Shown: positions 1 through 10,359, counted from the first letter of the stretch. The stretch: 64,000 nt of DNA from an uncultured Verrucomicrobiae bacterium (GCA_963762565.1 CAVXLD010000001.1:1024001-1088000), one strand, 5' to 3'. A program made the numbers and translations. Notes: generated from the letters alone by a model not told the origin.

Positions 1-794
1 AGCTGCTGTCCGGTTCCAGCCGTAGCTAACATCGGTAAGAAAAGCGCCAAATCCGCCAATCGCGGCAAGATTTTTTCAATGCCGATCAAAACCACATGCG
101 TCTTCGGCAGGGCAGAAGTCAGCCGCGCATTCCCTTCGTTCTCGGTGATCGAAATCATTCCTGTCTCGGCCACCGCAAAGTTCGCGCCCGTAATGCCCAT
201 GTCCGCCGTCACATATTCCTGGCGCAGCGCTTTCCGCGCGGTCATGGTCAGCGCTTCCGGGTCAGAAGTTGGCTCCGCTCCTAGCTTCTGTTGAAACAGG
301 TCGCTAATCTGTCCTCGGGTCAAGTGCATCGCCGGAAACACGATGTGATAAGGGGGTTCCTGCCGCAGCTGCACTATAAATTCGCCCAGGTCAGATTCTA
401 CGACTTGGAACCCGGCCTTCTCCAGTGCCTCGTTCAAGTGAATTTCCTCGGACACCATCGTCTTGGATTTGACGATGGCTCTGACTTGCTTGGCTCGTGC
501 TAAATCCAGGACGTAAGCCCTTGCCTCAGTCGCATCGTTAGCCCAAAAAACCTTGGCGCCACGGGCAATGAGTTTTTCTTCAAATTGCGCCAGGTACTCA
601 TCCAGATGGCGAATGGCTTCATCTTTAGTTGCCGCTGCCTGCCCCCGGGCCGACTCCCAGTCCTGAAACCGGCCGGCATTGGCGCTGCGCGTCGTTTGGT
701 ATCCGGCGAGCGACTGCTGCACCATTTGGCGATGCCCGAGATCCGCCACCATGTGGGTCGCATCAGTATTAAATTGTGAAGCAGGAGAGGGCAT
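1..794 (-). CDS. lutB: Lactate utilization protein B (LutB/LldF, Fe-S protein), 3' end runs off the window
   Basis: Not in the ORF track. Manual translation from ATG at 794 gives MPSPASQFNTDATHMVADLGHRQMVQQSL...HLDEYLAQFEEKL...VFWA...IVKSKTMVSEEIHLNEALEK, with the LutB KSKxMxSEE motif; lies downstream of lutA. Confidence 0.9.
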   Translation of the reverse strand, partial: MPSPASQFNTDATHMVADLGHRQMVQQSLAGYQTTRSANAGRFQDWESARGQAAATKDEAIRHLDEYLAQFEEKLIARGAKVFWANDATEARAYVLDLARAKQVRAIVKSKTMVSEEIHLNEALEKAGFQVVESDLGEFIVQLRQEPPYHIVFPAMHLTRGQISDLFQQKLGAEPTSDPEALTMTARKALRQEYVTADMGITGANFAVAETGMISITENEGNARLTSALPKTHVVLIGIEKILPRLADLALFLPMLATAGTGQQ

Positions 795-856
795 TACGAA
801 GCGTGATTAGTGAGAGGTGAGACGTGAGAAGTGAGAGGTTGTCGAAGCCCCTGATC

Positions 857-976
857 GGGAGGGCGCGCGTCCCCGCGCGCCGCGGTTGGGTCGACGACTA
901 TTGATGTACTCAAACGCTCGACCGAAGCACCCGTTGGGCTTCGATAACAAAGGATCGCGAGGACGCGATCCCTCCC
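857..976. repeat. REP/MITE-like palindromic element, family B (GGGAGGGCGCGCGTCC...GGACGCGATCCCTCCC)
   Basis: Terminal inverted arms; homologous copies at 48601, 50365, 56374 and 57618. Confidence 0.85.
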
Positions 977-1131
977 GGCGCCGGGTGATGGAGCTGCCTA
1001 TAGTTGTCAGCATAGCCTTTGCACCTAATGCGTTTTTATTCAAACAGCGGGACGGTCCGGCGTAGCCGGAATGTTCCGCTGTCGTAGCCTGCATTGTTAG
1101 AAAATGTATGATCATTTTCGTGCAATGCAGG

Positions 1132-1851
1132 CTAATGAAAATTAGCTAACACCTCAGCCAAGTGAAGCGTCTTCATTTTTGCGCCTGAACGTTTCAGCAA
1201 CCCTTCCAGGTGCATCAGACAACTGGAATCATTCGAGATAAGGTATTCGGCTCCGGTCTTTGTCGCCAAACCGCATTTGGTTTCTCCCATGGCGGTGGAA
1301 ATCATAGGAAACTTAACCGCGAAAAGGCCGCCAAAGCCGCAGCAGGCTGTGGTGTCTTCCATCTCGATCAGGGTAAGGTCCTTTACCTGCCGCAACAACG
1401 TTCGCGGCTGGGTGCGCACCCCGAGCTCACGCATTCCATGACAACCGTCATGAAACGTTGCTGAAGCCTGGAACCGGCTGCCTAGGTCGGTAACTCCAAG
1501 TTTATCCACCAAAAATTCGGAAAACTCGAAGACTCGTAAAGCAAGCTGATTCACCGTCTCTTCTTGTTTACTGCCGGCGAACATCTCCCGATAGAAAACT
1601 CTGATCATGGTCGCGCATGAACCGGAAGGCACGACCACAAGCTCCTTATCAGACAACCGCTCGATGACTTTGGCGGCCACCTCCTTGGCTGCCGGCCAGA
1701 AACCCGCGTTAAACGCAGGTTGCCCGCAACAAACGAGGTGGGGATCAAAATCGACTTCGTGACCCAGGTGCTCGAATACTCGTACAACGCTCAGACCAAC
1801 TTGGGGGTAAAACAGGTCGATATAGCAAGGTATGAACAGAGAGATTTTCAC
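1132..1851 (-). CDS. lutA: Lactate utilization protein A (LutA/LldE, CCG-domain Fe-S protein)
   Basis: Motifs LFIPCYID, CCGQPAFNAG, SGSC, HDGCH, CCGFGGLF, SCLMHL; 4-nt overlap with the upstream rhaEW-type gene. Confidence 0.92.
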   Translation of the reverse strand: MKISLFIPCYIDLFYPQVGLSVVRVFEHLGHEVDFDPHLVCCGQPAFNAGFWPAAKEVAAKVIERLSDKELVVVPSGSCATMIRVFYREMFAGSKQEETVNQLALRVFEFSEFLVDKLGVTDLGSRFQASATFHDGCHGMRELGVRTQPRTLLRQVKDLTLIEMEDTTACCGFGGLFAVKFPMISTAMGETKCGLATKTGAEYLISNDSSCLMHLEGLLKRSGAKMKTLHLAEVLANFH

Positions 1852-4025
1852 CGAAGAAACGCTTCTGCCAGACCTCCGTCAACGGCGATAATCTGTCCAG
1901 TCGTCTTGGCTAACCGGCCAGATAGCAAAAGAAAATAGGCTTCCGCTTGGTCCTTCGGCAAGATCGGCTCCTTCAACAAACTGCGTTCGGCATAGAAGCG
2001 TGACAACTTATTCACTAAAGAATCAGTCGGCTCATCTTCAGAGAACGGTACCTGATACTTGGACAACGAAGAGATGACGCGGTCCCGAGGGAACATCGTG
2101 CTGCCCTGTACAACGGTAGCCGGTGCGACCGCATTGACCCGACCGAGCGGCGCCAATTCAATCGCTAACTCCCTCACCAAATGGTTCAAAGCCGACTTAC
2201 TAACGTCATAAGCGAAACTGCCTTTCTTAGCCACGACAGCGTTCGCACTGGAAGTCAATACAACGGAGCCAGCCAGCTTTTGCTCCCGCAAGATCTTGCC
2301 AAATTCATCCGCTATCACATAGGAGCCGGTTACATTCACATCGAGCGTAAACCGGAATTTCTCATCCGGGATACGGCCTGCATTGTCGGGCGGTACGAAA
2401 ACTCCGGCCGTCACCACCAAATCATCAACTCCCCCGTATGCGAGCACCGATTGCTTAAGAAGATTGCGCGCCTTGTCCCGGCTCGTGATATCCGCTGCTA
2501 ACCCGACTGCCGGACCGCATCGCGAGATGCCGGAGCCGGCTACACCGATCCCCTCCCCTAGCTTTGTGGTGATCTCGCCGGCTGTCTGAGCGGCGGCTTC
2601 CGCTGAAAGGTCAGCCGAAACCACTTGAGCGCCCTCACCCGAAACTCGATGAGCTAACTCTTTTCCAATCCCGCTGCCCGCTCCAACCACTAGCACTATG
2701 TGGCGCGCCAATTCTTTCTCCGGCGGCATCCGGCGCAGTTTGGCCTCCTCCAGTTGCCAGTACTCGATATCGAACGCTTCCTGGACCGGCAAAGCGATGT
2801 ACGAACTGATCGCTTCAGCGCCGCGCATAACTTCGATGGCGCAGTTGTAGAATTCCGCTGTTACCCGGGACTCACTTTTGTCTTTGCCCCAGGCGATCAG
2901 GCCAAGCCCGGGAATCAGCACTACGGTCGGATTAGGGTCTCGAATCGGCGGTGAATCCGGCCGTTTGCACTCCCGATAATACCTCTCGTAAAGACCCCGG
3001 TAGGTTCCCAGCCCCAGCTCCAGCAAAGATCTCAGCCGTTCGACATCCTTCGACGAGGGATCCCACTCCACATAAAGGGGTTGGATCTTCGTCCGGAGAA
3101 AATGATCCGGACAGGAAGTCCCTAAAGCAGCTAACCGGCTAGCGTCGTGGCTATTGACGAAGCGGAGAACGTTGTCGTCGTACTGCAGCGTAGCTACCAA
3201 CCGCTTAGTCCGGCCGATTTGCCCGCGCAACCAAGGTAGCAAAGCAAAAAGGAGTTCTTCCCGGTCCACGTCCGAAACACCTGAATACTTCTGGCCGCCG
3301 AATGTGTTATCACCTTTGTCTTTGGACGCGATGTATTCCGCCGCCCTTTCGATCAGGTTCAGGGAGAGCTCGTAACATTCTTTTTCGTCATCAGCCCAAT
3401 TGATCAAACCGTGCTGCCCGAGAATCGCTCCTTTTGCTTTCGGATACTGCTGGCACATTGCTTGCAGTTTCAGCCCCAGATCGAACCCGGGTCGTTGCCA
3501 CGGCAACCAAAATACTTCTTCGCCGTAAATTTCTTGAGTCAGTTTTTTGCCGTCGCCCGCAGCGGCAACCGAGATGACTGCGTTCGGGTGGGTGTGATCG
3601 ACATGCCGGTAAGGGACAAACCCGTGCAACGGCGTATCGATCGAGGCGGCGCGCGGATTCAGATTGAAAGTGCAATGCGGATAAGCAGCAACCATCGAGT
3701 CTTCCACGTCCGTCTTGAGCCCCCGGTTTGGAGAAGCCTCGTAGACCGAACGCAACCGTTCCAAGCCTCGCATATACAGGCTGGAGAAATTCTCCTTTTT
3801 TGAGGTTCGCAAATCACCACCGGACCCCTTGACCCAGAGCACTTCAACCTTTTCACCGGTCAACGGATCGGTCTGCTGCAACTTAGACGACGTATTTCCG
3901 CCGCCGGTGTTGGTGATTCGCTGATCTGAACCTAAAAGGTTTGACCGGTAAATCAGGCGTTCGACTGGATCCAGACCGGCGGCTTTGGCGTCATCCCACA
4001 GGTAGTCAACAAAACGTGTCTTCAT
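1848..4025 (-). CDS. Bifunctional rhamnulose-1-phosphate aldolase / short-chain dehydrogenase (RhaEW type)
   Basis: N-terminal class II aldolase (GGGNTSSK, KGSGGDL, HTHP, GTSCPDHFLRTK) plus C-terminal SDR (GAGSGIG, YDVSK); adjacent to rhamnulokinase. Confidence 0.93.
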   Translation of the reverse strand: MKTRFVDYLWDDAKAAGLDPVERLIYRSNLLGSDQRITNTGGGNTSSKLQQTDPLTGEKVEVLWVKGSGGDLRTSKKENFSSLYMRGLERLRSVYEASPNRGLKTDVEDSMVAAYPHCTFNLNPRAASIDTPLHGFVPYRHVDHTHPNAVISVAAAGDGKKLTQEIYGEEVFWLPWQRPGFDLGLKLQAMCQQYPKAKGAILGQHGLINWADDEKECYELSLNLIERAAEYIASKDKGDNTFGGQKYSGVSDVDREELLFALLPWLRGQIGRTKRLVATLQYDDNVLRFVNSHDASRLAALGTSCPDHFLRTKIQPLYVEWDPSSKDVERLRSLLELGLGTYRGLYERYYRECKRPDSPPIRDPNPTVVLIPGLGLIAWGKDKSESRVTAEFYNCAIEVMRGAEAISSYIALPVQEAFDIEYWQLEEAKLRRMPPEKELARHIVLVVGAGSGIGKELAHRVSGEGAQVVSADLSAEAAAQTAGEITTKLGEGIGVAGSGISRCGPAVGLAADITSRDKARNLLKQSVLAYGGVDDLVVTAGVFVPPDNAGRIPDEKFRFTLDVNVTGSYVIADEFGKILREQKLAGSVVLTSSANAVVAKKGSFAYDVSKSALNHLVRELAIELAPLGRVNAVAPATVVQGSTMFPRDRVISSLSKYQVPFSEDEPTDSLVNKLSRFYAERSLLKEPILPKDQAEAYFLLLSGRLAKTTGQIIAVDGGLAEAFLR

Positions 4026-5497
4026 TTAGTTAAATTTTCGTATCTTTGCAGCGCTTCAGCCCAAGGCGCGGCATCCTCAGGCTCGAACTCCTCGATGGTG
4101 TAGGAGTTTCGAATGACCTCTCGTAAATCTTCCAATGACCCGAGTTCGCCGGAGGCTACGGCTTGGATCAAAATATTGCCCAGTGCTGTCGCTTCCACCG
4201 GCCCGGCCGCAACCAGCATACCTGACGCACTGGCAGTCAAACGGTTCAAGAGACGGTTCTGGCTGCCTCCTCCGACGACGTGCAACACCTTGATCTCAAT
4301 CCCCAACATCTCCTTTAGCTGGGCGAGCTGAGAGGCGTAGCTCAAGGCTAAGCTCTCCAGAATACAGCGGGCCAACGCCCCCGGTGTCTCCGGAACCGGT
4401 TGGCCGGTTCGCCGGCAAAAATTTTGCACCTTTTCAATCATGTTGCCCGGCTTCAGAAATTCCGATTCGTTCGGGTGAATCACTGAGACCAAAGCCGGAG
4501 CGTCTTCCGCTTGTCGGACCAGAGCCGGATAATCAATATCGGCGCCGTTCTGCACCATTTCCCGGCGCGTTTCCTGCAAGATCCAAAGTCCAAGGATATT
4601 TCTGAGAAACCGAACCGTTCGCCCGAAACCGAGCTCGTTAGTGTAGTTCTTCAAAAGGCACGCTTCGCCAAGAAACGGTTTGTCGAGTTCGACACCGAGC
4701 AAAGACCAGGTGCCGGAGCTGAGATAAGCCCAGTTATCTCCCTTTGCCGGGACGGCAGCAACCGCAGCTCCGGTATCGTGCGAACACGTCGCAAAAATTG
4801 GGAATGATTTGAGGTTAAGTCGTCCGGCCAACTCCGTGCTCAAACTGCCAATCCGGGTTCCGGAATCCACTACTGGCGCAAAAACTCGCTCCGGCAGCCC
4901 CAAAAGTTGGATCAGACGAGCGGACCACCTGCCCTCCACCGGACTGAAAATCTGGGTCGTGCTGGCGTAGCTTCTTTCTACAAAGGGTTGCTGGCACAAA
5001 AGAAAATGGACGTAGTCCGCGATGCCCAGGAAGTGTTTAGCGATTTCGACTAAGGGCTTTCGATTGAGCGCGTCATCATACAGTTGGTACAACGTGTTGA
5101 TCTGCATGAACTGGACACCGGTCTCATTAAACACCAGTTCTTTGCCGGCCAGCTTCACGAAGCCAGGGAACGTTGTATCCGTCCGGGCATCCCGATAATG
5201 AAAGGGCAGGCCAAGCAGAGGCTCTTTCTCTGAGAAATAGGCGTAATCGACGCCCCAGGCATCAACACTTAGGCCGGCAATGTCTCGAGTCTTCTTTCCG
5301 ACGGCGTTCAAACCGTTCTGGATTTCGTCGTAGAACTTCAATAGATCCCACCGGAGGGATCCATTCACGACGGTTGGGCCGGTAGGAAATCGATGGCATT
5401 CTTCGAGTCGAACTTTGCCATCCGCCAGCGATCCAAGCACGACTCGGCCGCTTTCGGCTCCGAGGTCGCAAGCGACATAGTTCTTCGCACTGCTCAT
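4022..5497 (-). CDS. rhaB: Rhamnulokinase
   Basis: FGGY kinase motifs DLGAESGR, DAWGVDY, HDTGAAV, SSGTWSLLG, VGGGSQN, GPVEATALGN. Confidence 0.93.
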   Translation of the reverse strand: MSSAKNYVACDLGAESGRVVLGSLADGKVRLEECHRFPTGPTVVNGSLRWDLLKFYDEIQNGLNAVGKKTRDIAGLSVDAWGVDYAYFSEKEPLLGLPFHYRDARTDTTFPGFVKLAGKELVFNETGVQFMQINTLYQLYDDALNRKPLVEIAKHFLGIADYVHFLLCQQPFVERSYASTTQIFSPVEGRWSARLIQLLGLPERVFAPVVDSGTRIGSLSTELAGRLNLKSFPIFATCSHDTGAAVAAVPAKGDNWAYLSSGTWSLLGVELDKPFLGEACLLKNYTNELGFGRTVRFLRNILGLWILQETRREMVQNGADIDYPALVRQAEDAPALVSVIHPNESEFLKPGNMIEKVQNFCRRTGQPVPETPGALARCILESLALSYASQLAQLKEMLGIEIKVLHVVGGGSQNRLLNRLTASASGMLVAAGPVEATALGNILIQAVASGELGSLEDLREVIRNSYTIEEFEPEDAAPWAEALQRYENLTK

Positions 5498-5649
5498 AGG
5501 GGGGATCGGTCAGAGAGTTTCACGGCTTTAAAAGACGGTGACTCAACACGCGTACACTCATCAGCTGGAGCAGCCTTGCTTGCAAGCGACGGCTAGGCCA
5601 TCACTCGGCGGGCGGCAAGGCCACGTCGCGCTAGAGGCTGCACCAAAAT

Positions 5650-5803
5650 CGTGCTCGTGCACGTCCTCGTCCTCGTGCTCGACGGTAAGCGTTAAACCGA
5701 AGCTTCGCGCTTGTCTGTTGGACTCGTTGTCATGGGTGAACAGGTCCAGTCTGAGCTCGATTCCACACCAAATTCTCGAGCACGAGGACGAGCACGAGCA
5801 CGA
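5650..5803. repeat. Inverted hexamer arms (CGTGCT/CGTCCT)n ... (AGCACG/AGGACG)n
   Basis: tcgtgctcgtgcacgtcctcgtcctcgtgctcga at ~5650 mirrors tcgagcacgaggacgagcacgagcacga at ~5776; solo arms at ~15300, 42200, 46138 and 62550. Confidence 0.8.
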
Positions 5804-5916
5804 AAAATCCTCGCGAAAATCCTCGATTTACTAAGGCAGTCCTACATCATGAAACTATTTATTATAACGTTATTATCTAAAGTTGTATACTATAGAACTT
5901 CTGTTACCCTCCACCT

Positions 5917-6375
5917 ATGGGTACGACCAACAATTCAAACCAGACGGCTTTCAGTCTCGGCGATAAGATAAAATCATTCATCGAACCGGCTCTAACCGAT
6001 CTCGGTTCAAAAATTCGGGGTTGGGGCTGGATCGTAGGCGCCTATGAATCAATTAAAGAGTGGTTCCAGGCCAGTTCCGACTATGAAAAGGCGGCCGATC
6101 CGAAGATAGGCGCGGGAGCACAACAGGAGTACAAGCTAGCCGGCGACGCGCACGGCAAGCTCGCGGGCCAGGAAGCACTCAGCACTGTCCTTGCTCAAAC
6201 GGGATTTCAACAAGCCTCCTGGGGAGTCGATCTGGCCGGTATAATCGACCGGGCGATGGATAATCCTGCGGAACACGAGCAAAAAGCCCAGAAACTAACC
6301 TTCGATGATATCAGAAAGGACGCGGCAAAACAGATCATAACCAGTGTTCCTCTTGATCACCGCAACACGCCTTAA
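5917..6375 (+). CDS. Hypothetical protein (152 aa, orphan)
   Basis: ATG-initiated ORF with protein-like composition, preceded by an AT-rich promoter-like stretch; no family recognised. Confidence 0.6.
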   Translation: MGTTNNSNQTAFSLGDKIKSFIEPALTDLGSKIRGWGWIVGAYESIKEWFQASSDYEKAADPKIGAGAQQEYKLAGDAHGKLAGQEALSTVLAQTGFQQASWGVDLAGIIDRAMDNPAEHEQKAQKLTFDDIRKDAAKQIITSVPLDHRNTP

Positions 6376-6384
6376 AACATCTCC

Positions 6385-6693
6385 TTAATGGTCTCGCTCG
6401 CGTAGTTCATCCGCGCGTAACTGCCTCTCGCCTCGCATCACATGCAGAATCAAGACCCGTTTGCCGTCGTACCGATAGAAAACTCGGCATGGAGCTTCCA
6501 CGATCTGCCGATAGCGCGAGCCGCGCAGCTCTGACGGGACCGAACCGCTTTCGGGATATCGTTCCAATTGGTCGACGTGCTCGAATATTCGTTGGACTAG
6601 CTGGCTAGCAGCTGCCGGGTTATCAAAAGCAATATAATCCGCGATCGCATCCAAGTCGCTAAGCGCCGGCTCAGTCCAAACTACTTTAGCCAT
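6385..6693 (-). CDS. Type II TA toxin, ParE/RelE family
   Basis: VWTEPALSDLDAIADYIAFDNP...LERYPESG...RVFYR...ILHVMR pattern; overlaps the antitoxin stop. Confidence 0.9.
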   Translation of the reverse strand: MAKVVWTEPALSDLDAIADYIAFDNPAAASQLVQRIFEHVDQLERYPESGSVPSELRGSRYRQIVEAPCRVFYRYDGKRVLILHVMRGERQLRADELRERDH

Positions 6694-6938
6694 CGAGCCA
6701 TTCGCCGCTTCGCCTCCGCATTTGAGACGGTCCGCCCCTCTTCAACAGCTCGCTCACCGCGTGCAATGCCACGGAGTATCCGCAGTTGATTTTGAAGCTC
6801 GTCGTACGTCTCAACGTCGACCAAATACGCAGCAGGCCGACCGTGCTGGGTGATTAAAATAGGCGCTTTTTCATTCGAAAGTTCGGCCAGAATCTCGGTC
6901 GCCTTCCGTTTGAGAGTCGTGACGAGCTCGACGCGCAC
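6681..6938 (-). CDS. Type II TA antitoxin, Phd/YefM family
   Basis: LKRKATEIL...PILITQHGRPAAYLV motif; GTG start; upstream of the toxin. Confidence 0.9.
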   Translation of the reverse strand: MRVELVTTLKRKATEILAELSNEKAPILITQHGRPAAYLVDVETYDELQNQLRILRGIARGERAVEEGRTVSNAEAKRRMARWLK

Positions 6939-6940
6939 AG

Positions 6941-6974
6941 AGTGATACTAAAGTGATACTTTTTCCAGAAGCAA
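6941..6974 (-). promoter_or_regulatory. TA promoter/operator: two AGTGATACT near-palindromes overlapping a putative TTGCTT-N18-TAGTAT promoter
   Basis: agtgatact at 6941 and 6952; the putative -10 ends 6 nt before the GTG start and no SD is visible. Confidence 0.55.
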
Positions 6975-7037
6975 ATTGTAAATCTATAAAGATTCGGCTC
7001 CTACGGGCACGGATCCGGCGTGCCGCATTTCCGATTG

Positions 7038-7901
7038 CTAGCCCCCGCCGATCTGTTTAGCGGCGAGAGCGAAGACAAAAATGGCAAACGCGATGCAGTA
7101 AACGCCAAAGAATCTCCAGCGCCCGGTCTCAAGCCAGTGAGACAGCAAGCGCAGCGCCAGCAGCCCGGCAATGAAGCTGACCACCATGCCGATGATTCCC
7201 GGCAGTGCCAGTGGTAGCAGGCTTGAAACCTTGGTTGCCTCAGGGTGAGTCTTTACCAACCGCCACAGTTCACGCGCCATGGCCGGAGGCGTGATGATGA
7301 CCGCCAACGCAAAACTGAACTCTTCCATCCGCGACCGGCCAATTCCGGCAAGGAGCCCCGTTGAAATGGTCGCTCCGGAACGAGAAAGCCCTCGAAACGG
7401 GATACAAACGCCTTGCACCGCCCCGACCAAACAAGCCGAAGTATTCGAGACGTCATGTCCTTGCCTCGGTCCAGGTGCGCGAATCGCGGACACAATGATT
7501 AAAACACCGGTAATGAGCAGAGCGATCCCCAGCAAGGGTAACTGCGAAAACAGAGTCTCAATATCGCCCCCCTTCAGAAAAATCTTTTCGATCACGAGTG
7601 TTAACGGCAGCCCTACAATCGCGGTACAGATGGTTGCCAGAACCACTTCCCGAATTGTGGCGATTAAAATCGCCCTGCTGGCAAAGTATCTTCTAAGCCA
7701 AGCGTTCCAGAAATAGACAATCACGGCAAACATCGTCCCCGTGTGCAACATCACTAGCACAAAGGTCCATTCGGGGCTAGACGGGTCCAACCCCAATAAC
7801 TTCTCGACCACAATCACGTGAGCAGAACTGGATACCGGGAGCAATTCCGCGGCGCCTTGGACCAGTCCTAGAAGCAAGATCTGCAGCAAATGCACGGGCA
7901 T
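7038..7901 (-). CDS. uppP: Undecaprenyl-diphosphate phosphatase (UppP/BacA)
   Basis: QGAAELLPVSSSAH, LHTGT and GLSRSGAT motifs; start trimmed to MPVHLLQ (ATG at 7901). Confidence 0.92.
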   Translation of the reverse strand: MPVHLLQILLLGLVQGAAELLPVSSSAHVIVVEKLLGLDPSSPEWTFVLVMLHTGTMFAVIVYFWNAWLRRYFASRAILIATIREVVLATICTAIVGLPLTLVIEKIFLKGGDIETLFSQLPLLGIALLITGVLIIVSAIRAPGPRQGHDVSNTSACLVGAVQGVCIPFRGLSRSGATISTGLLAGIGRSRMEEFSFALAVIITPPAMARELWRLVKTHPEATKVSSLLPLALPGIIGMVVSFIAGLLALRLLSHWLETGRWRFFGVYCIAFAIFVFALAAKQIGGG

Positions 7902-8262
7902 GAATATGTTTCCTGAAGAATCGCTCGCTCCTTCGACGTTTTGGCCCCCGGTTGCAACCAATTTTTGTGTAGGTAGGCCGGAAATTCGGACCAGACGAGG
8001 CACGGCGGATGTGAAGCGCGCCTCGCTTGCGAGGCCGTGGTGAGCAAGGAGACAAAATAAGGCAGGTCCCTGCCGGCGTCTGCGCTCTGTACCGCCGCGA
8101 CGAACAGACAACGGCGCTGTCGCTGGAATCTCGCAGGTTGAATCCATGGAAACACGAGACAGCTCCGCAGTCGAAATTACATAGTGCAGCTCAGACTATG
8201 GAGGGCCTCACTCTCTCGCCCTGGTCACCAACGGCCTCGCAAGCGAGGCACGCTCCACAGGG

Positions 8263-8876
8263 CGCCCTACCAAGTCTCCTCGCTCGCCTTTTGCGACCGG
8301 GTCAAGTCGGCAGCATCGCAGTTTGCGATGGAGCGTTCTTCCCGCCGTTAACCTTGACGTCTGAGACTGCATTTTTCTGCAGACTTCTTCAGAACAGCGT
8401 TCCCCTCGGACGTTGCCGGTTGGTAACGAAACCGCCATCCCTTAGACGCCGGTTTTGCTGGGTCCTGGCTTGTAGGGCGAGGCTCCCGATGACCGAAACG
8501 CGCGCAGAGCGAAATGGATTTCGGCGGTTGTGACATGCACCGTCTAAGATCTGCCGAGCCGTTTGTGGCGCGACCACGGCTCGGCAGCTTTCAGTTATTG
8601 CCTCCCATATACCGACGAAGTGCCGTTCGGCGTCGCGACCTCTCTCGGCTATCACGGAGTCCGTCTCCGCCAAGCTTACGGCGCGGCAAGCTCTCGCCCT
8701 ACCAGCCTCCTCGCTCGCCTTTTGCGACGGGGCAGGTCGGCGACATCGCAGTTCGCGATGGAGCATTCTTCCGACCGTTGCGCTTGACGTCTGAGACTAC
8801 ATTTTTCTGCAAACGTCACCAGATCTTTTCCCCCTAGGACATTACCGATCGGTAACGAAACAGTCATCTCTTAGAC
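8263..8876. repeat. Diverged ~185-bp direct repeat (8263-8448 and 8694-8876) flanking a GTAG-type palindromic element (8472-8702)
   Basis: Shared blocks ctcctcgctcgccttttgcgac, catcgcagtt.gcgatggagc, ttgacgtctgagact.catttttctgca, ggtaacgaaac, cttagacg. Confidence 0.85.
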
Positions 8877-8960
8877 GGGGCTGGTCCTTGGCTTGCTTCC
8901 TGCATGGCGCGGGGAGAGATAGGAGTGGATGGTGTGTTGGGGTAAAAACAGTGGGTCTGG

Positions 8961-10359
8961 ATGAAGGATGGACTGAAACCAGACAGGCGACTAATTCTTG
9001 GACTCGGAGTGGTTCTTATGTTTTCCCAAGCCCGTCTTTATGCCGGTGACGGAACCGCTGCTGCAGCCCAAGCCCACGTCGAGCCCGGCAACCTACGAAC
9101 CCTTGATACCGGTTTGTTCGACGCGTTCAAACAAGCGTTGACCAGCCCGCCTATACACCGCCTGAACCGGGATCACACCAACTCAACGACATGGCGCTTA
9201 TCCGTCGCCTTTCGATGATCCGCCATTCTTTACTCAGACTACCAGGTTGGCGGCACTCCCGTTATCGGCGATCACAACGAGGCCACTCTCTGGCCTTTGA
9301 TGAAGGCGATCTATGGGAGCGGAACCTTCGGGCAATGGCTGAAGGACAACCGCATCAATCTCTATGGCTGGGTGGAAGGAGGGTACAACGTCAGCTCTTC
9401 GAGTCACTCAAACGTCCCAGAGGCCTACGATATACGACCCGATCAACCGGAGCTGACCAGGCCGTTGTTTACCTCGAACGCTTGCCCGACGAATTCCAGA
9501 CAGATCATATGGACTGGGGCTTTCGCGTCTCTGCGATGTACGGCCTAGATTACCGGTTCACCATCTCCAGAGGCCTCTTCAGCTCGCAGTTGCTAAAATA
9601 TAACGAGAAGTACGGCTTCGACATGCCGATGATCTATTTCGACTGGTACATCCCGGGGTTTTTCGACGGAGTGAACATTCGAATCGGCCGGTACATTTCT
9701 CTTCCCGATATCGAAGCCCAGCTCGCCCCGAACAACCCGATGTATACTCACTCGCTTCTTTACACGTTCGATCCGTTCACCCAGGAAGGGATCATGACGT
9801 CGATTAAGCTGAGTCCCAATTGGACCTTTCAATTCGGAGTTAGTGCGGGTAACGACCAGGCAATCTGGGATTCTCAGCGAGGCTAACCGGCACGGTAATG
9901 CTGCAATGGATCTCCTCTACCAATATGGACTCTGTGTACATCGCAGTAATTCGTTCAATGACGGTGAGTACTCTTACAACAATCTTCAGGACTACGTCGC
10001 AACCTGGACGCACAAGTTCAATGATATCGTCAATACGCAAACCGAGGCCTGGTTCATGTACATGAAGGGCGTACCGGGAATCGGCTGGTCGCCTGAATGG
10101 GCCGTGGTCAACTACACCTTCTTCCGGGTATCGAAGAACGTTTTTTTCACTGTCCGAAACGAGTACTTTGACGATGCCTCAGGCCAAAGAACCGGCGTAA
10201 AAGACGTCTATTCCGAGCACGCGATCGGCTTCACCTGGTGGCCAAACAGCATCACCACTATCCGGCCGGAGCTCCGCTTTGACGCGCCTATCAGCGAGAA
10301 GCCTACGACAATCAAACCGCAAGAACCAGTAATACGTCGACATGATCGTGCATTTCTGA
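8961..10359 (+). pseudogene. Outer-membrane beta-barrel porin (BBP2/DUF1597-like), frameshifted
   Basis: Signal peptide, then LYGWVEGGY, DWGFRV, YTHSLLY, RNEYFDD and IRPELRFD motifs spread over several frames, ending ...MIVHF-TGA at 10359; paralog of 10447..11748. Confidence 0.8.

Noticed and set aside
7902..8147. N-terminal extension of UppP in the ORF track
   Set aside because: Runs through repeat DNA; UppP similarity starts at MPVHLLQ.
8027..8867. Several overlapping ORFs in the uppP-porin spacer
   Set aside because: They arise from repeats; their mutual similarity reflects the DNA duplication.
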